Part shown: positions 33,928 to 45,381 of the stretch, in pieces
Layout: each line of letters begins with the position of its first letter
Numbering within the stretch: the stretch's first letter is position 1
Origin: Paramoeba atlantica
Lineage: Eukaryota > Protista > Discosea
Assembly (NCBI GenBank): GCA_977017575.1
Contig: CDRNVI010000004.1
Span: forward strand, 310,001 to 374,000
Direction: 5' to 3'
DNA length: 64,000 nucleotides
Program-made: the position numbers and the translations under genes
The notes under the pieces: generated by a model
What the model was told of the DNA's origin: nothing
Seen by the model: only the letters and a program-made list of their open reading frames with translations
Databases searched by the model: none

Positions 33928-36684
33928 TCAAAAAGCGCAAATATCGTCCCCATGGCTTTGGCTCAGGTACTTTCTGAGCTGGCCTAGGAGAATGTTTCCA
34001 TTCATCTCCTTCAAGAGAAGTATGAAATCGTTTTCCACCTTGCTGGGCTCAATAGAAATCTTTTCCGCCAGAAGCCGTAGCAGCTCCCGAGTTCGGGCGT
34101 GCAATGAGCCACTTGACAGCACCGGTAAACAGGCGAATTGCTCCTCGGCGAACATATTCGATGAGACGTATTTGGTGTTTTTCCGCGCGATCGCATCTTT
34201 GATTGCCTTCGCCGGTGTTGTTCCCGCAAGAGATGGTGCCAGATCGTGTACGACGGTGAGATCATAGAAGATTTCACCTGTCGCCCAATAAATAACCAAA
34301 TCGGGCCCTGAACGGTGTAGCGTGCTGCCTTTGCATGTCGCAATGTGCTCTCGCCGACGTTCTTCTCGGATCACCTCGGAGCATGATGTGCACACATATG
34401 TGGAGAATTGCCGTGGCTCTAATTCACAAGGAATACCCGCACGCAGACACATATTATGAATATAGCGTACTAGTGCGTTGTGCTTTACCGTTGTATTCAT
34501 TCCCGCACATCGGACGCAACCCGGAATATGTGTAAGGGCAGTGGCACTGTTTAGAAGAACTCTGCATCCGGGGCAGGTGAGAGATTCGGGAAGACGTGGA
34601 TGGCCCATTCCCAGGCGGGGCATTACTGCTAAGGTGAATTTCCGCGACGGCACGAGTCGCTCGTTTGCTTGTATCCATGTATAACTACCCTTCTTCGTTG
34701 TAGCGTCCATGATTCTTGCAAATTTCTTGTTCTTCCGAAGGCGCTCCTTCACTTCTTTGTGCATCTTGACTTCGACTGCCGTCATCTCAGCGACAGGTGC
34801 AGTGTCCGACTCGCTAGGCGTGACTTGAGCTGAAAGGAATTTTGGCTGCTCAAAAGCCACACTGCGCGACGCCTGATACGCGGCCGCTCGGAGTGCATCA
34901 GTAGAAGGCAGGCCCAGCCCACCCATACGAAGGGGAAGCCTTGCCCAGTCCAGTTGATCTTGCGTCATTGGTCCGAACCATGTCTTCAGAACTTTATCAA
35001 CTTCGCCGTCAAACTCCTTTGCCATCGCTTCAGAGGAGTTCGGGATGTGTGTGCGAATATGAAAACGATGACGAATGTTAACACATTTAGAGAGCAGGAT
35101 AGTAGATACGTTGCTCGCTCCCATCTGACTTAACCGACGGAAAATTGTTTTATGTTTCTGTAGCTTTTCTAGTAGTAGGGGATCTACCTTTTCGTCTTCT
35201 CCCACGTAAGCGCCGAGAACCTTGATTGCGTCCTTCTCTACGTTGACTTGCGCCATTCGCAGAACTTCCGGAATTTCCGTGCCCTTCGTTCCTCCGAACC
35301 ACACACATTTATGATTTGCCATTTGCATGTTTCTTTCATTCAACAAATCCCACAGTCTATAAAATGCCTTCGTTAGGAGTGCAGGATCATCCGAAGCAAA
35401 GTTTATGTCGTCTATGTATGCGAATATTTTGATCGAGGGAAATTCTAAGGCCAGCGTTGCGAGGATGGGTTGCATCATTGTACAGAAAAGAAGCGTAGAA
35501 AGGGGAGACTCCTGTCGAACTCCTGCTGTGCTGAAAACTTTGTCGTGTAACTTTCCGTCTGATCCAAAATACAGCAGCTCCGACGGCTCGGCATATTGAG
35601 CGTGAAAAAGCCTCCAGAACGGTCGCAAACTAGAGAACGCGAAGAGTGCGTTCGCGATGTCTTGCCTCCAAGGAGTGTTGAATGCATTGCTGATGTCCAT
35701 TGTTAGGATTGATTGTCCTTCCTGATAGAGTTTATGTAGGCGGTGTACTACTGTTTCACATCCTGATTTAGTTGCCACTCCGAATTGCCACGGAGCAAAA
35801 ATCGGCGGCAGACAATGTTCATATTTTTGCAACAAGACGATCTCTGCTAATTTTAGAAAAATCTCCCCAACAGCAACCGGGCGCACGTCCCTTCCATTTG
35901 CTTTCGGTATGGCGACTAACCTTGCCCTCTTCAACCTGTCCATCAGGTCTTTCGAGATCGCTCCATTTACAACATCCAGTAACATGTGACACAGAGCTGT
36001 GCAACAGATTTGATCGTCGAGCAACAGTCTGACTATACCGTCCGTTGTCCCAGATGGACCGGGTGCCGCGCCCTTGGCCAATCGACGACCTGCCTCGCGG
36101 AGTTCTTCCGTTGTTATGATCGCTGTCTGTGTCGCGTCTGCTGGTAATTCGAAAACGCAAGGAGCCGCAGGGTGCAGTTTTTGGAGTTTGGCAAATGTTT
36201 CTTTATCAGATAATTTGTTGATTACCGTGACCTGATCCAGAACTTTTGCCGCTTTTGAGATCGACCCCTCGAGCACAAGGCGTGTGGCTTTTTTTATCGC
36301 TCTGCGATCAGCGAATTGCCCTTCATCCGCGTCCTTCTCTCTTTCTTCAAGCTCGGATTGCGTAAGCACTGGGCGACGTCGTCGACTGCGCGCTGACTGC
36401 TCTCTTAATTCTGCCAGCGAGTATTTCATCGCGGAGAGCACCCTGTGCCATATCCGACAGCGGTGAACATAATCACAATCTGCATAATCCCTCATAAGAT
36501 CGCGGTAAACCGACACCACGCACGGTATAAATGCAGCGCTTACGTTTCTGACTGTAGGAATAGGTTCGTAATCCAAATCTTCGACTGTTTGCTTCACAGA
36601 CGGTATATCTTTTGCAGGCGCGACTTGCTCGTCTTGAGCGCCTCTATTCAAAACGTTGATCCATACAATTTTATAGATGCGCAC
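33928..36684 (-). CDS. 5'-truncated family B RT-RLE copy
   Basis: 918-aa ORF, inverted near-identical copy of 41836-44716; element 33827-36717. Confidence 0.92.
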   Translation of the reverse strand: MRIYKIVWINVLNRGAQDEQVAPAKDIPSVKQTVEDLDYEPIPTVRNVSAAFIPCVVSVYRDLMRDYADCDYVHRCRIWHRVLSAMKYSLAELREQSARSRRRRPVLTQSELEEREKDADEGQFADRRAIKKATRLVLEGSISKAAKVLDQVTVINKLSDKETFAKLQKLHPAAPCVFELPADATQTAIITTEELREAGRRLAKGAAPGPSGTTDGIVRLLLDDQICCTALCHMLLDVVNGAISKDLMDRLKRARLVAIPKANGRDVRPVAVGEIFLKLAEIVLLQKYEHCLPPIFAPWQFGVATKSGCETVVHRLHKLYQEGQSILTMDISNAFNTPWRQDIANALFAFSSLRPFWRLFHAQYAEPSELLYFGSDGKLHDKVFSTAGVRQESPLSTLLFCTMMQPILATLALEFPSIKIFAYIDDINFASDDPALLTKAFYRLWDLLNERNMQMANHKCVWFGGTKGTEIPEVLRMAQVNVEKDAIKVLGAYVGEDEKVDPLLLEKLQKHKTIFRRLSQMGASNVSTILLSKCVNIRHRFHIRTHIPNSSEAMAKEFDGEVDKVLKTWFGPMTQDQLDWARLPLRMGGLGLPSTDALRAAAYQASRSVAFEQPKFLSAQVTPSESDTAPVAEMTAVEVKMHKEVKERLRKNKKFARIMDATTKKGSYTWIQANERLVPSRKFTLAVMPRLGMGHPRLPESLTCPGCRVLLNSATALTHIPGCVRCAGMNTTVKHNALVRYIHNMCLRAGIPCELEPRQFSTYVCTSCSEVIREERRREHIATCKGSTLHRSGPDLVIYWATGEIFYDLTVVHDLAPSLAGTTPAKAIKDAIARKNTKYVSSNMFAEEQFACLPVLSSGSLHARTRELLRLLAEKISIEPSKVENDFILLLKEMNGNILLGQLRKYLSQSHGDDICAF

Positions 36685-36979
36685 ACTTTCCTGAGCAGGA
36701 ATCGATCCCGCGAAGCTGTGTGCCTGCAGGAGTTAAATGGGTCGATTATATTCTCTCAGCTGAGAAATTATTTATCTAATGACGATTCACAAAACATGGG
36801 CCTCTAGAATTTGACATTAAAAACAAAAACATTGGAAACTTGAAGAAAAAAAAAAAGTATAATTAATATAGCTATTATAAGTTTACGGTATGGGATATAA
36901 GGCACTTTTAGTAAACGTTTTCCTCCGTAGATGAATTATGAGACTTTAAGGACAAAAAAAAAAAAAAAAAAAATATAAA

Positions 36980-37790
36980 GTATAAAGTATATACTTAGGG
37001 GAGATTAAATTGCTAGTTTTGGGCTGAGAAAAAACAAAAGGTACATCTCTGGAAACAAAAAGAATTGCTAATTTGATTGCTTGTTTTCAACTCGTATACC
37101 CCCCCCCCAAAAAAAAAAAAAAGGGAGGAGACCTCGTTTCTATTTGCTGGTTTTCTCGGGTGGTTTCTTTTTGGGGCTTTGGGTATCCGTTTTTTGGGGA
37201 ATTTTTTTTTTTGGGGGGGTGGGAACGGGTTCTTATTTGCTGTTTTTTTGGGCCGTTTGCTCGGTTGAACATTCTTTTACTTTTCGTACAGTTGCTTGTT
37301 TCTATTTTGAGCCTAACTTTAAAAAAAAAAAAAAAAAAAAAAAATGGAGCGAGGGCTAGGTACCCCAAGTGAGGTAGTACACGGGTAGTGAATCTCCTCC
37401 CCGTCGGCCAGCATCCTGTTTCGTGACCGTGTCGCTGTCGACACAGGCCCGCGCCTGCGCCCTCCCATATAACAAGGGAAGGGTTCACAAGTCAGGCCGT
37501 CGAGAGGTCGAAAGACCCGGTCCGGAACGCGCGAATGGATTGGGCATGGATTGCTTGTTTTAATTTTTACTGTTTTTCTTGTTTGTAGTATATACTTAGG
37601 GGAGACTAAATTGCTAGTTTTGGGCTGAGAAAAAAGGTACATCTGTGGACAGAAAAAGAATTGCTAATTTGATTGTTTGTTTTCAACTCGTATACCCCCC
37701 CCCAATGGACCTACTTGGTTCGTCTACTGGGTCAAAATATAGAGGCAATGCCGCGATTCATACTTCTCCCCCCTTATTAATTGCAAAAAA
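36980..37790 (+). mobile_element. Stacked family A 3' UTR fragments with poly(A) tracts
   Basis: Matches to 9378-9640, 5165-5600. Confidence 0.75.
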
Positions 37791-37817
37791 AAAAATGAAT
37801 TGAATTTTTTCCTGAGT

Positions 37818-37911
37818 TTCTTCCTCTTTCTTCCTCTTTCTTCCTCTTTCTTCCTCTTTCTTCCTCTTTCTTCCTCTTTCTTCCTCTTTCTTCCTCTTTC
37901 TTCCTCTTTCT
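37818..37911 (+). repeat. (TTCCTCTTTC)n decamer, ~9 copies
   Basis: Directly visible at 5' junction of next fragment. Confidence 0.95.
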
Positions 37912-38769
37912 CAATCTGGAAAAGGGGCAGGTGACTGGCTGTTTGTCACGCCCTCCAGGGAAAAGGGGCACGCCTTTACTAAAACGGAGTTCCGCACCCT
38001 GTGCACCTGGTGGCTAGGACAAAAAGTATATCCAGAAACAAACCCCTGTCCCGTCTCAGGCTGCACGCTTCCGATGGGACCACAAGGAGACCACGCATTG
38101 GTCTGTAAACACGACTACGGGATCTCTGCGAGGCATAATGCCTTGGCCCTCCAGTTCTTTGACGTTTGTCAAAAGGCCAATTTGTCTCCGAAAAGGGAGC
38201 ACAGCCTCGGCAACAGAGGTCCAGGGGGGGCACTCACAAGACCAGGGGATGTGTTCCTTCCGAGCTACACGCTCGGTAAAGGCCTTGTCTTTGATTTTGC
38301 GGTGACCCACGTCCAGCAACAGAAATATACGGACCTGGTCCGTTCTGCTGGCATGGTAGCTGCAGGGGCCTTCGCAGAGAAATATGCAACGAACCACAAG
38401 CGTGGACAAAGGCAAGAGGCTATAGTGGCCGGACATGATTTCACCGCCATGGTAGTGGAATCGTACGGATCATGGAGTCCGACGTCCCTCCATATGCTGA
38501 AGAAGATCGCGGGAAAAAGAGCCGCAGCATGTAAGGGTGATATGTCCGAGCAAGCGTCAATGTTTTTTCTTCTCCAGGACATGAACGTTACGCTCATGCG
38601 GTCTCAGGCACGAATGCTTGTAAGACGCATGGCAGACGTGGATATCCATGCCAGTCTCGCTTTGCTGCACGAGGCACCCTCTGACACCACACCAAATCGT
38701 GCCAGCTGCGGACCGGCAGGAGCGATCGAGCCTACAGTGCCTATTCTCACGCCTCGCCTTCGTGAGTGA
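37912..38769 (+). pseudogene. Family A zinc knuckle/RLE 3' fragment; UTR split 38770-38969 and 44799 onward
   Basis: SQSGKGA..CKH..RHNAL..PGDVF..ESYG. Confidence 0.9.
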
Positions 38770-40383
38770 GGTACCCCAAGGTGAGATAGGTAGGGATTCG
38801 GACTGACAGTCCTATTTCAGCACGAAGACGCCATGGTATCCAGGACGGGTGCTGGTCGGGTCGACATAGTCTATGCTCACGCCTAGCCCGCGAGTGCTAG
38901 GTACCCCAAGTGAGGTAGTACACGGGCAGTGAATCTCCTCCCCGTCGGCCAGCATCCTGTTTCGTGACCTTGTTGTTTTTTATTTTTTGTACTCTTACTC
39001 TTTTTGTGATGGGCATGTTCACTCGGAGCCGAGCGAAAGATACTGGAGTAGCTCCAGTTGTCCAGCCTCTGCCAACGACCCGCCGCAGGAAGAAACCTAC
39101 GGAGGAACGGCCTCGGCCGGCACCGTCTGAATCGCGAGCAACTGGACCGCCGCCGCTTGAACTTTCGGCGCCGCCGCCGCCGTCACCGCAGTCGCTGCCG
39201 AGCGATCGACACAAGAAATCTCCTGAGGGTCCGTCTGCGACAACATTGCCGCGATCACAACTATTGCCTCCGTCGCAAAAGTCTCCGTCGCAACCGCGAT
39301 CGTCTCCGACAGCACCGCAAGCGCAAACGTCGGAATCGCCAGCACCGCCGCGATCGCCCCCGTTGCAAAGTTCTGCGAAGCGATCGCAACCGCCTCCGCA
39401 GCGGCAACCTCAACCGTCCCCGCCGCGACCGTCTACGCCACAACCGTCCCCATCTACGCCGCAACCATCTCCGCCGCAACCGCGACCGTTTCCGCCCCAA
39501 GCATCTTCGTCGCAAGAGCTACCGGTCCCGTTACCGCTACCGCAACCGACAAACACACAGCACTCCGAGCGGTTGCGAGCGACCCTGCAGAAAAAGAGGG
39601 CTTTCGTTTTCCCTCCACAAAAGACTCCTTTGCCGCCACCACGGAATTCCCCATCTTCGAAATCCCCGACATCTTCGTCGACGCCGCCACCCTCATCAGA
39701 ATCTTGCATTTCACCTGGATCGCAATCTCCGTCGCATCCTCTGAACGAACGGAACGAAGGACGAGCTGAGGAACGGAAAGAAGCGAAAGATAAAAAAGCC
39801 ATTGAAGCATCGAAACAAACCAATTCACACATTCGCATTCGTCGACCGACCGGCTCTCGATTCACGTTTCCTACAGCTAGCACCGTGATTCAGACCATGA
39901 AACCAATTGCAACCTTGATATCAAATACACTGCCTTCTTTAGCCCAATTGGCGGACCCTGCGCCGGATGCGCAAACAACAGCCTCCAAGTCCAAACCAGT
40001 TGCGCAACCTGAAATTCAGCCAGAAGAGTTCTACGACTGCAGCTCACCCGCGTCAGAGGAGAAAGGACAATCACCCAGCCCAGGCCGCATACCCTCGCCC
40101 CTGCCGCTTGATGAAGTGAATGTAGATTCGACGAACAATGCAGACCGACTAACGCAAATTGTGGACGACATGCGCGCAAACGTGAAACCTGAGACTGAGT
40201 TCCCATTGACGCCGCAAGAAGTGGAGTCACATACCAGAAATGCTCGGAAAGGCGACGAATGTGTGGTAGCGTGGTGTTTCGACCAACAAGTATTGTTAAA
40301 CATCTCTGCTGGCACAGTTCAAACGGCGAGATCAAGGGCAGGTGTACGCAGCTTTCTGTACCTTGTTGATTTTTATTCCTTTT

Positions 40384-40779
40384 ATGATCCTTTCAAATGT
40401 CACATCGTCGGAGGACCCTCGCTTTCGCCCGCGCTCCGAAGCAAACGACACTGGAAAGGTGAAAAAGGCACTGAGTGTGGCATGCGCATGCAAAAAGATC
40501 ATGTGCTCGTTGAAAGCAGGACGAGACACTCTTCATTTTGAAGGTTTGTTGATGAGCACGGAAAACCCACTTACGCTCCGGCAAACTGGAAAGGTGGAGA
40601 GTGTTGCGGAATGCTTTCAATGGGTAAGTGATGAGATTGTGTACTCTGAAGCAGAGGAAAGTGAGACTTCTTGTCTCGGAGGTTTGTTGATGAGCACGGA
40701 TAACCCATTTACGCTCCGGCAAACTGAAGAGACAGGAAGTTTCCTTCTTCCTGCTGAGGAGTGCACGTCTCTTGCATGA
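40384..40779 (+). CDS. 131-aa unknown ORF of SL-headed element Y
   Basis: SL remnant 40353-40368, ATG 16 nt later; frame also open in copy at 4129-4490; internal GLLMST.NP.TLRQT repeat. Confidence 0.4.
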   Translation: MILSNVTSSEDPRFRPRSEANDTGKVKKALSVACACKKIMCSLKAGRDTLHFEGLLMSTENPLTLRQTGKVESVAECFQWVSDEIVYSEAEESETSCLGGLLMSTDNPFTLRQTEETGSFLLPAEECTSLA

Positions 40780-41770
40780 TGCATGTCACCTCAAAAATCA
40801 AAATACAACACTGCATATGGTGTTCTTGATATTCAGGTCTGCGGTGCCTGCGATCATTATTTATGCTAACTTTTTCTAGTTTTGCTGAGATAAATTTCGT
40901 TGCGATGAAATTCTACTGCGATAAAAATTCTGAAAAGATAAAATTATGCTGCGATAAATTTCTGCAAAGATAAAATTATGCTTAAGACCACTTTTGAAAT
41001 GAATAGGTATAAACAAAAGGATTAAATCCCCAAATGCATATATACGGTTATGTGATCTCCGGGAAGTACGCAGACTGACTGTAAAATACATACCCCCTTT
41101 TTGTTTATCCTAACTGGGTCGCCACTGCCGCGGCATATCCTTTTGGGTGCGTCAGAAGGGGGAGATGAGGTCAGGAGCCCGGCATTGGACCGTTGCCGGT
41201 GATGGGGCGTGGCGACCCCAGCCTTCCGACGTAAGGGTTTCCGAGCTGGCAGGAGGGAATGTGTCCGTTCCTATTCCTGTTCAACCCTTGTTCGCGGCGT
41301 CGTTAACCGCGTTCCGGGGCATAGACGGGGTAGCATCCCGTCGCCGAGGCATGTATGTCGTTAGCGAGCGCGCTAACCCTACCCCCTCGGTGGAGGTGGA
41401 ACGGCATTGGTGCTAGCTGAGGTTTTATCCCTCCCCATCTCCCGGAGAAGCGAAGGGACTAGATCCTTTTTTCTAGGCTAGGTCCTTCGTTTCTCCACGC
41501 TAGGAGCGCTCCTGGACTAACAATCCGGAGCAGTGGAGTTTTTAGCGAGTGAGCTACCAGAGTCTCTGACGCAATCCGAGATTCAACAAAACTCTGGTAA
41601 GCAAGTCTCGCACTACCCTGTAATGGGGTGTCTCCCCTGAGGTGCGTGGGTGGAAACACCCATTCATCTTGCCACTGGAAGGTGGCCAGCTCACTCGACC
41701 AAGAAAAGTCTGCCGGTTGGACACCGGGTGGCGGTCGAGGAGGTTGTGGCAAAGATTTTCTCCATGTACG

Positions 41771-41802
<32 letters not shown>

Positions 41803-41807
<5 letters not shown>

Positions 41808-44625
41808 CGGCCTACAAGGACACTGCAAGGAACGAAGCTTCGCGGGATCGATTCCTGCTCAGGAAAGTGTGCGCATCTATAAAATTGTATGGATCAACGT
41901 TTTGAATAGAGGCGCTCAAGACGAGCAAGTCGCGCCTGCAAAAGATATACCGTCTGTGAAGCAAACAGTCGAAGATTTGGATTACGAACCTATTCCTACA
42001 GTCAGAAACGTAAGCGCTGCATTTATACCGTGCGTGGTGTCGGTTTACCGCGATCTTATGAGGGATTACGCAGATTGTGATTATGTTCACCGCTGTCGGA
42101 TATGGCACAGGGTGCTCTCCGCGATGAAATACTCGCTGGCAGAATTAAGAGAGCAGTCAGCGCGCAGTCGACGACGTCGCCCAGTGCTTACGCAATCCGA
42201 GCTTGAAGAAAGAGAGAAGGACGCGGATGAAGGGCAATTCGCTGATCGCAGAGCGATAAAAAAAGCCACACGCCTTGTGCTCGAGGGGTCGATCTCAAAA
42301 GCGGCAAAAGTTCTGGATCAGGTCACGGTAATCAACAAATTATCTGATAAAGAAACATTTGCCAAACTCCAAAAACTGCACCCTGCGGCTCCTTGCGTTT
42401 TCGAATTACCAGCAGACGCGACACAGACAGCGATCATAACAACGGAAGAACTCCGCGAGGCAGGTCGTCGATTGGCCAAGGGCGCGGCACCCGGTCCATC
42501 TGGGACAACGGACGGTATAGTCAGACTGTTGCTCGACGATCAAATCTGTTGCACAGCTCTGTGTCACATGTTACTGGATGTTGTAAATGGAGCGATCTCG
42601 AAAGACCTGATGGACAGGTTGAAGAGGGCAAGGTTAGTCGCCATACCGAAAGCAAATGGAAGGGACGTGCGCCCGGTTGCTGTTGGGGAGATTTTTCTAA
42701 AATTAGCAGAGATCGTCTTGTTGCAAAAATATGAACATTGTCTGCCGCCGATTTTTGCTCCGTGGCAATTCGGAGTGGCAACTAAATCAGGATGTGAAAC
42801 AGTAGTACACCGCCTACATAAACTCTATCAGGAAGGACAATCAATCCTAACAATGGACATCAGCAATGCATTCAACACTCCTTGGAGGCAAGACATCGCG
42901 AACGCACTCTTCGCGTTCTCTAGTTTGCGACCGTTCTGGAGGCTTTTTCACGCTCAATATGCCGAGCCGTCGGAGCTGCTGTATTTTGGATCAGACGGAA
43001 AGTTACACGACAAAGTTTTCAGCACAGCAGGAGTTCGACAGGAGTCTCCCCTTTCTACGCTTCTTTTCTGTACAATGATGCAACCCATCCTCGCAACGCT
43101 GGCCTTAGAATTTCCCTCGATCAAAATATTCGCATACATAGACGACATAAACTTTGCTTCGGATGATCCTGCACTCCTAACGAAGGCATTTTATAGACTG
43201 TGGGATTTGTTGAATGAAAGAAACATGCAAATGGCAAATCATAAATGTGTGTGGTTCGGAGGAACGAAGGGCACGGAAATTCCGGAAGTTCTGCGAATGG
43301 CGCAAGTCAACGTAGAGAAGGACGCAATCAAGGTTCTCGGCGCTTACGTGGGAGAAGACGAAAAGGTAGATCCCCTACTACTAGAAAAGCTACAGAAACA
43401 TAAAACAATTTTCCGTCGGTTAAGTCAGATGGGAGCGAGCAACGTATCTACTATCCTGCTCTCTAAATGTGTTAACATTCGTCATCGTTTTCATATTCGC
43501 ACACACATCCCGAACTCCTCTGAAGCGATGGCAAAGGAGTTTGACGGCGAAGTTGATAAAGTTCTGAAGACATGGTTCGGACCAATGACGCAAGATCAAC
43601 TGGACTGGGCAAGGCTTCCCCTTCGTATGGGTGGGCTGGGCCTGCCTTCTACTGATGCACTCCGAGCGGCCGCGTACCAGGCGTCGCGCAGTGTGGCTTT
43701 TGAGCAGCCAAAATTCCTTTCAGCTCAAGTCACGCCTAGCGAGTCGGACACTGCACCTGTCGCTGAGATGACGGCAGTCGAAGTCAAGATGCACAAAGAA
43801 GTGAAGGAGCGCCTTCGGAAGAACAAGAAATTTGCAAGAATCATGGACGCTACAACGAAGAAGGGTAGTTATACATGGATACAAGCAAACGAGCGACTCG
43901 TGCCGTCGCGGAAATTCACCTTAGCAGTAATGCCCCGCCTGGGAATGGGCCATCCACGTCTTCCCGAATCTCTCACCTGCCCCGGATGCAGAGTTCTTCT
44001 AAACAGTGCCACTGCCCTTACACATATTCCGGGTTGCGTCCGATGTGCGGGAATGAATACAACGGTAAAGCACAACGCACTAGTACGCTATATTCATAAT
44101 ATGTGTCTGCGTGCGGGTATTCCTTGTGAATTAGAGCCACGGCAATTCTCCACATATGTGTGCACATCATGCTCCGAGGTGATCCGAGAAGAACGTCGGC
44201 GAGAGCACATTGCGACATGCAAAGGCAGCACGCTACACCGTTCAGGGCCCGATTTGGTTATTTATTGGGCGACAGGTGAAATCTTCTATGATCTCACCGT
44301 CGTACACGATCTGGCACCATCTCTTGCGGGAACAACACCGGCGAAGGCAATCAAAGATGCGATCGCGCGGAAAAACACCAAATACGTCTCATCGAATATG
44401 TTCGCCGAGGAGCAATTCGCCTGTTTACCGGTGCTGTCAAGTGGCTCATTGCACGCCCGAACTCGGGAGCTGCTACGGCTTCTGGCGGAAAAGATTTCTA
44501 TTGAGCCCAGCAAGGTGGAAAACGATTTCATACTTCTCTTGCAGGAGATGAATGGAAACATTCTCCTAGGCCAGCTCAGAAAGTACCTGAGCCAAAGCCA
44601 TGGGGACGATATTTGCGCTTTTTGA
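41803..44625 (+). CDS. Family B RT-RLE region
   Basis: RPVAVGE, GVRQESPLS, YIDD, CCHC, PDL..YDLT. Confidence 0.92.
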
Positions 44626-45300
44626 TGGAATATGCAGTGAGAATCCGTGGTAGGAAGTCTCATAGTTTACGAAAAGAATTGTTTGAAGAGGATTCGCAGT
44701 TTATATCATACAATTATTAAGACAACGTTTTCCGACATACAACGTAAGCCGGATGCCCTGACCTGAAAGGATTACACTATAGTAAAAAAAAATGGCTCCG
44801 TGACCGTGTCGCTGTCGACACAGGCCCGCGCCTGCGCCCTCCCGTATAGCAAGGGAAGGGTTCACAAGCCAGGCCGTGGAGAGGTCGAAAGTCCCGGTCC
44901 GGAACGCGCGAATGGATTGGGCATAAATTGCTTCTTTTTATTATTATTGTTATCAAAATCATAAATACTGTAACTTAAGGCAGGTTGAATTATTAGTTTT
45001 GGGCTACAACATGTGAAATTGCTAATTTGATTGCTTGCTTACAAATCATATACCCCCCCCAATGGACCTACTTGGTTCGTCTACGGAGTAAAAATATAGA
45101 GGCAATGCCGCGTTTTATACTTCTCCCCCCCTATTTATTGCAAAAAAAAAAAAAAAAAAAAAAAAAAGTTTTTAACTCGTATACCCCCCCCAATGGACCT
45201 ACTTGGTTCGTCTACTGGGTCAAAATATAGAGGCAATGCCGCGATTCATACTTCTCCCCCCTTATTAATTGCAAAAAAAAAAAAAAAAAAAATATTTTCC

Positions 45301-45335
45301 TTTAACGATAAAGATACAGTTTCTGTACCTTGTTG
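45301..45335 (+). other. Spliced-leader relic (35 nt)
   Basis: TTTAACGATAAAGATACAGTTTCTGTACCTTGTTG, 46 nt upstream of ATG 45382. Confidence 0.85.
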
Positions 45336-45381
45336 AATTATTTTCTATATTTCATCCTTTTTCAGGTACGCGGTTCGTTCT

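Larger units (their letters stand above)
38966..44792 (+). mobile_element. Full-length family B element inside a family A UTR; ORF 39009-40352 + ~41803-44625, split by a 1.45-kb insert
   Basis: TSD CGTGACC 38963-38969 and 44799-44805; both halves align consecutively to the 27850/29505 protein. Confidence 0.82.

Noticed and set aside
41650-41802. N-terminal extension with poly-Lys
   Set aside because: Translates a poly(A) tail and foreign insert; the true N-terminus is at 39009
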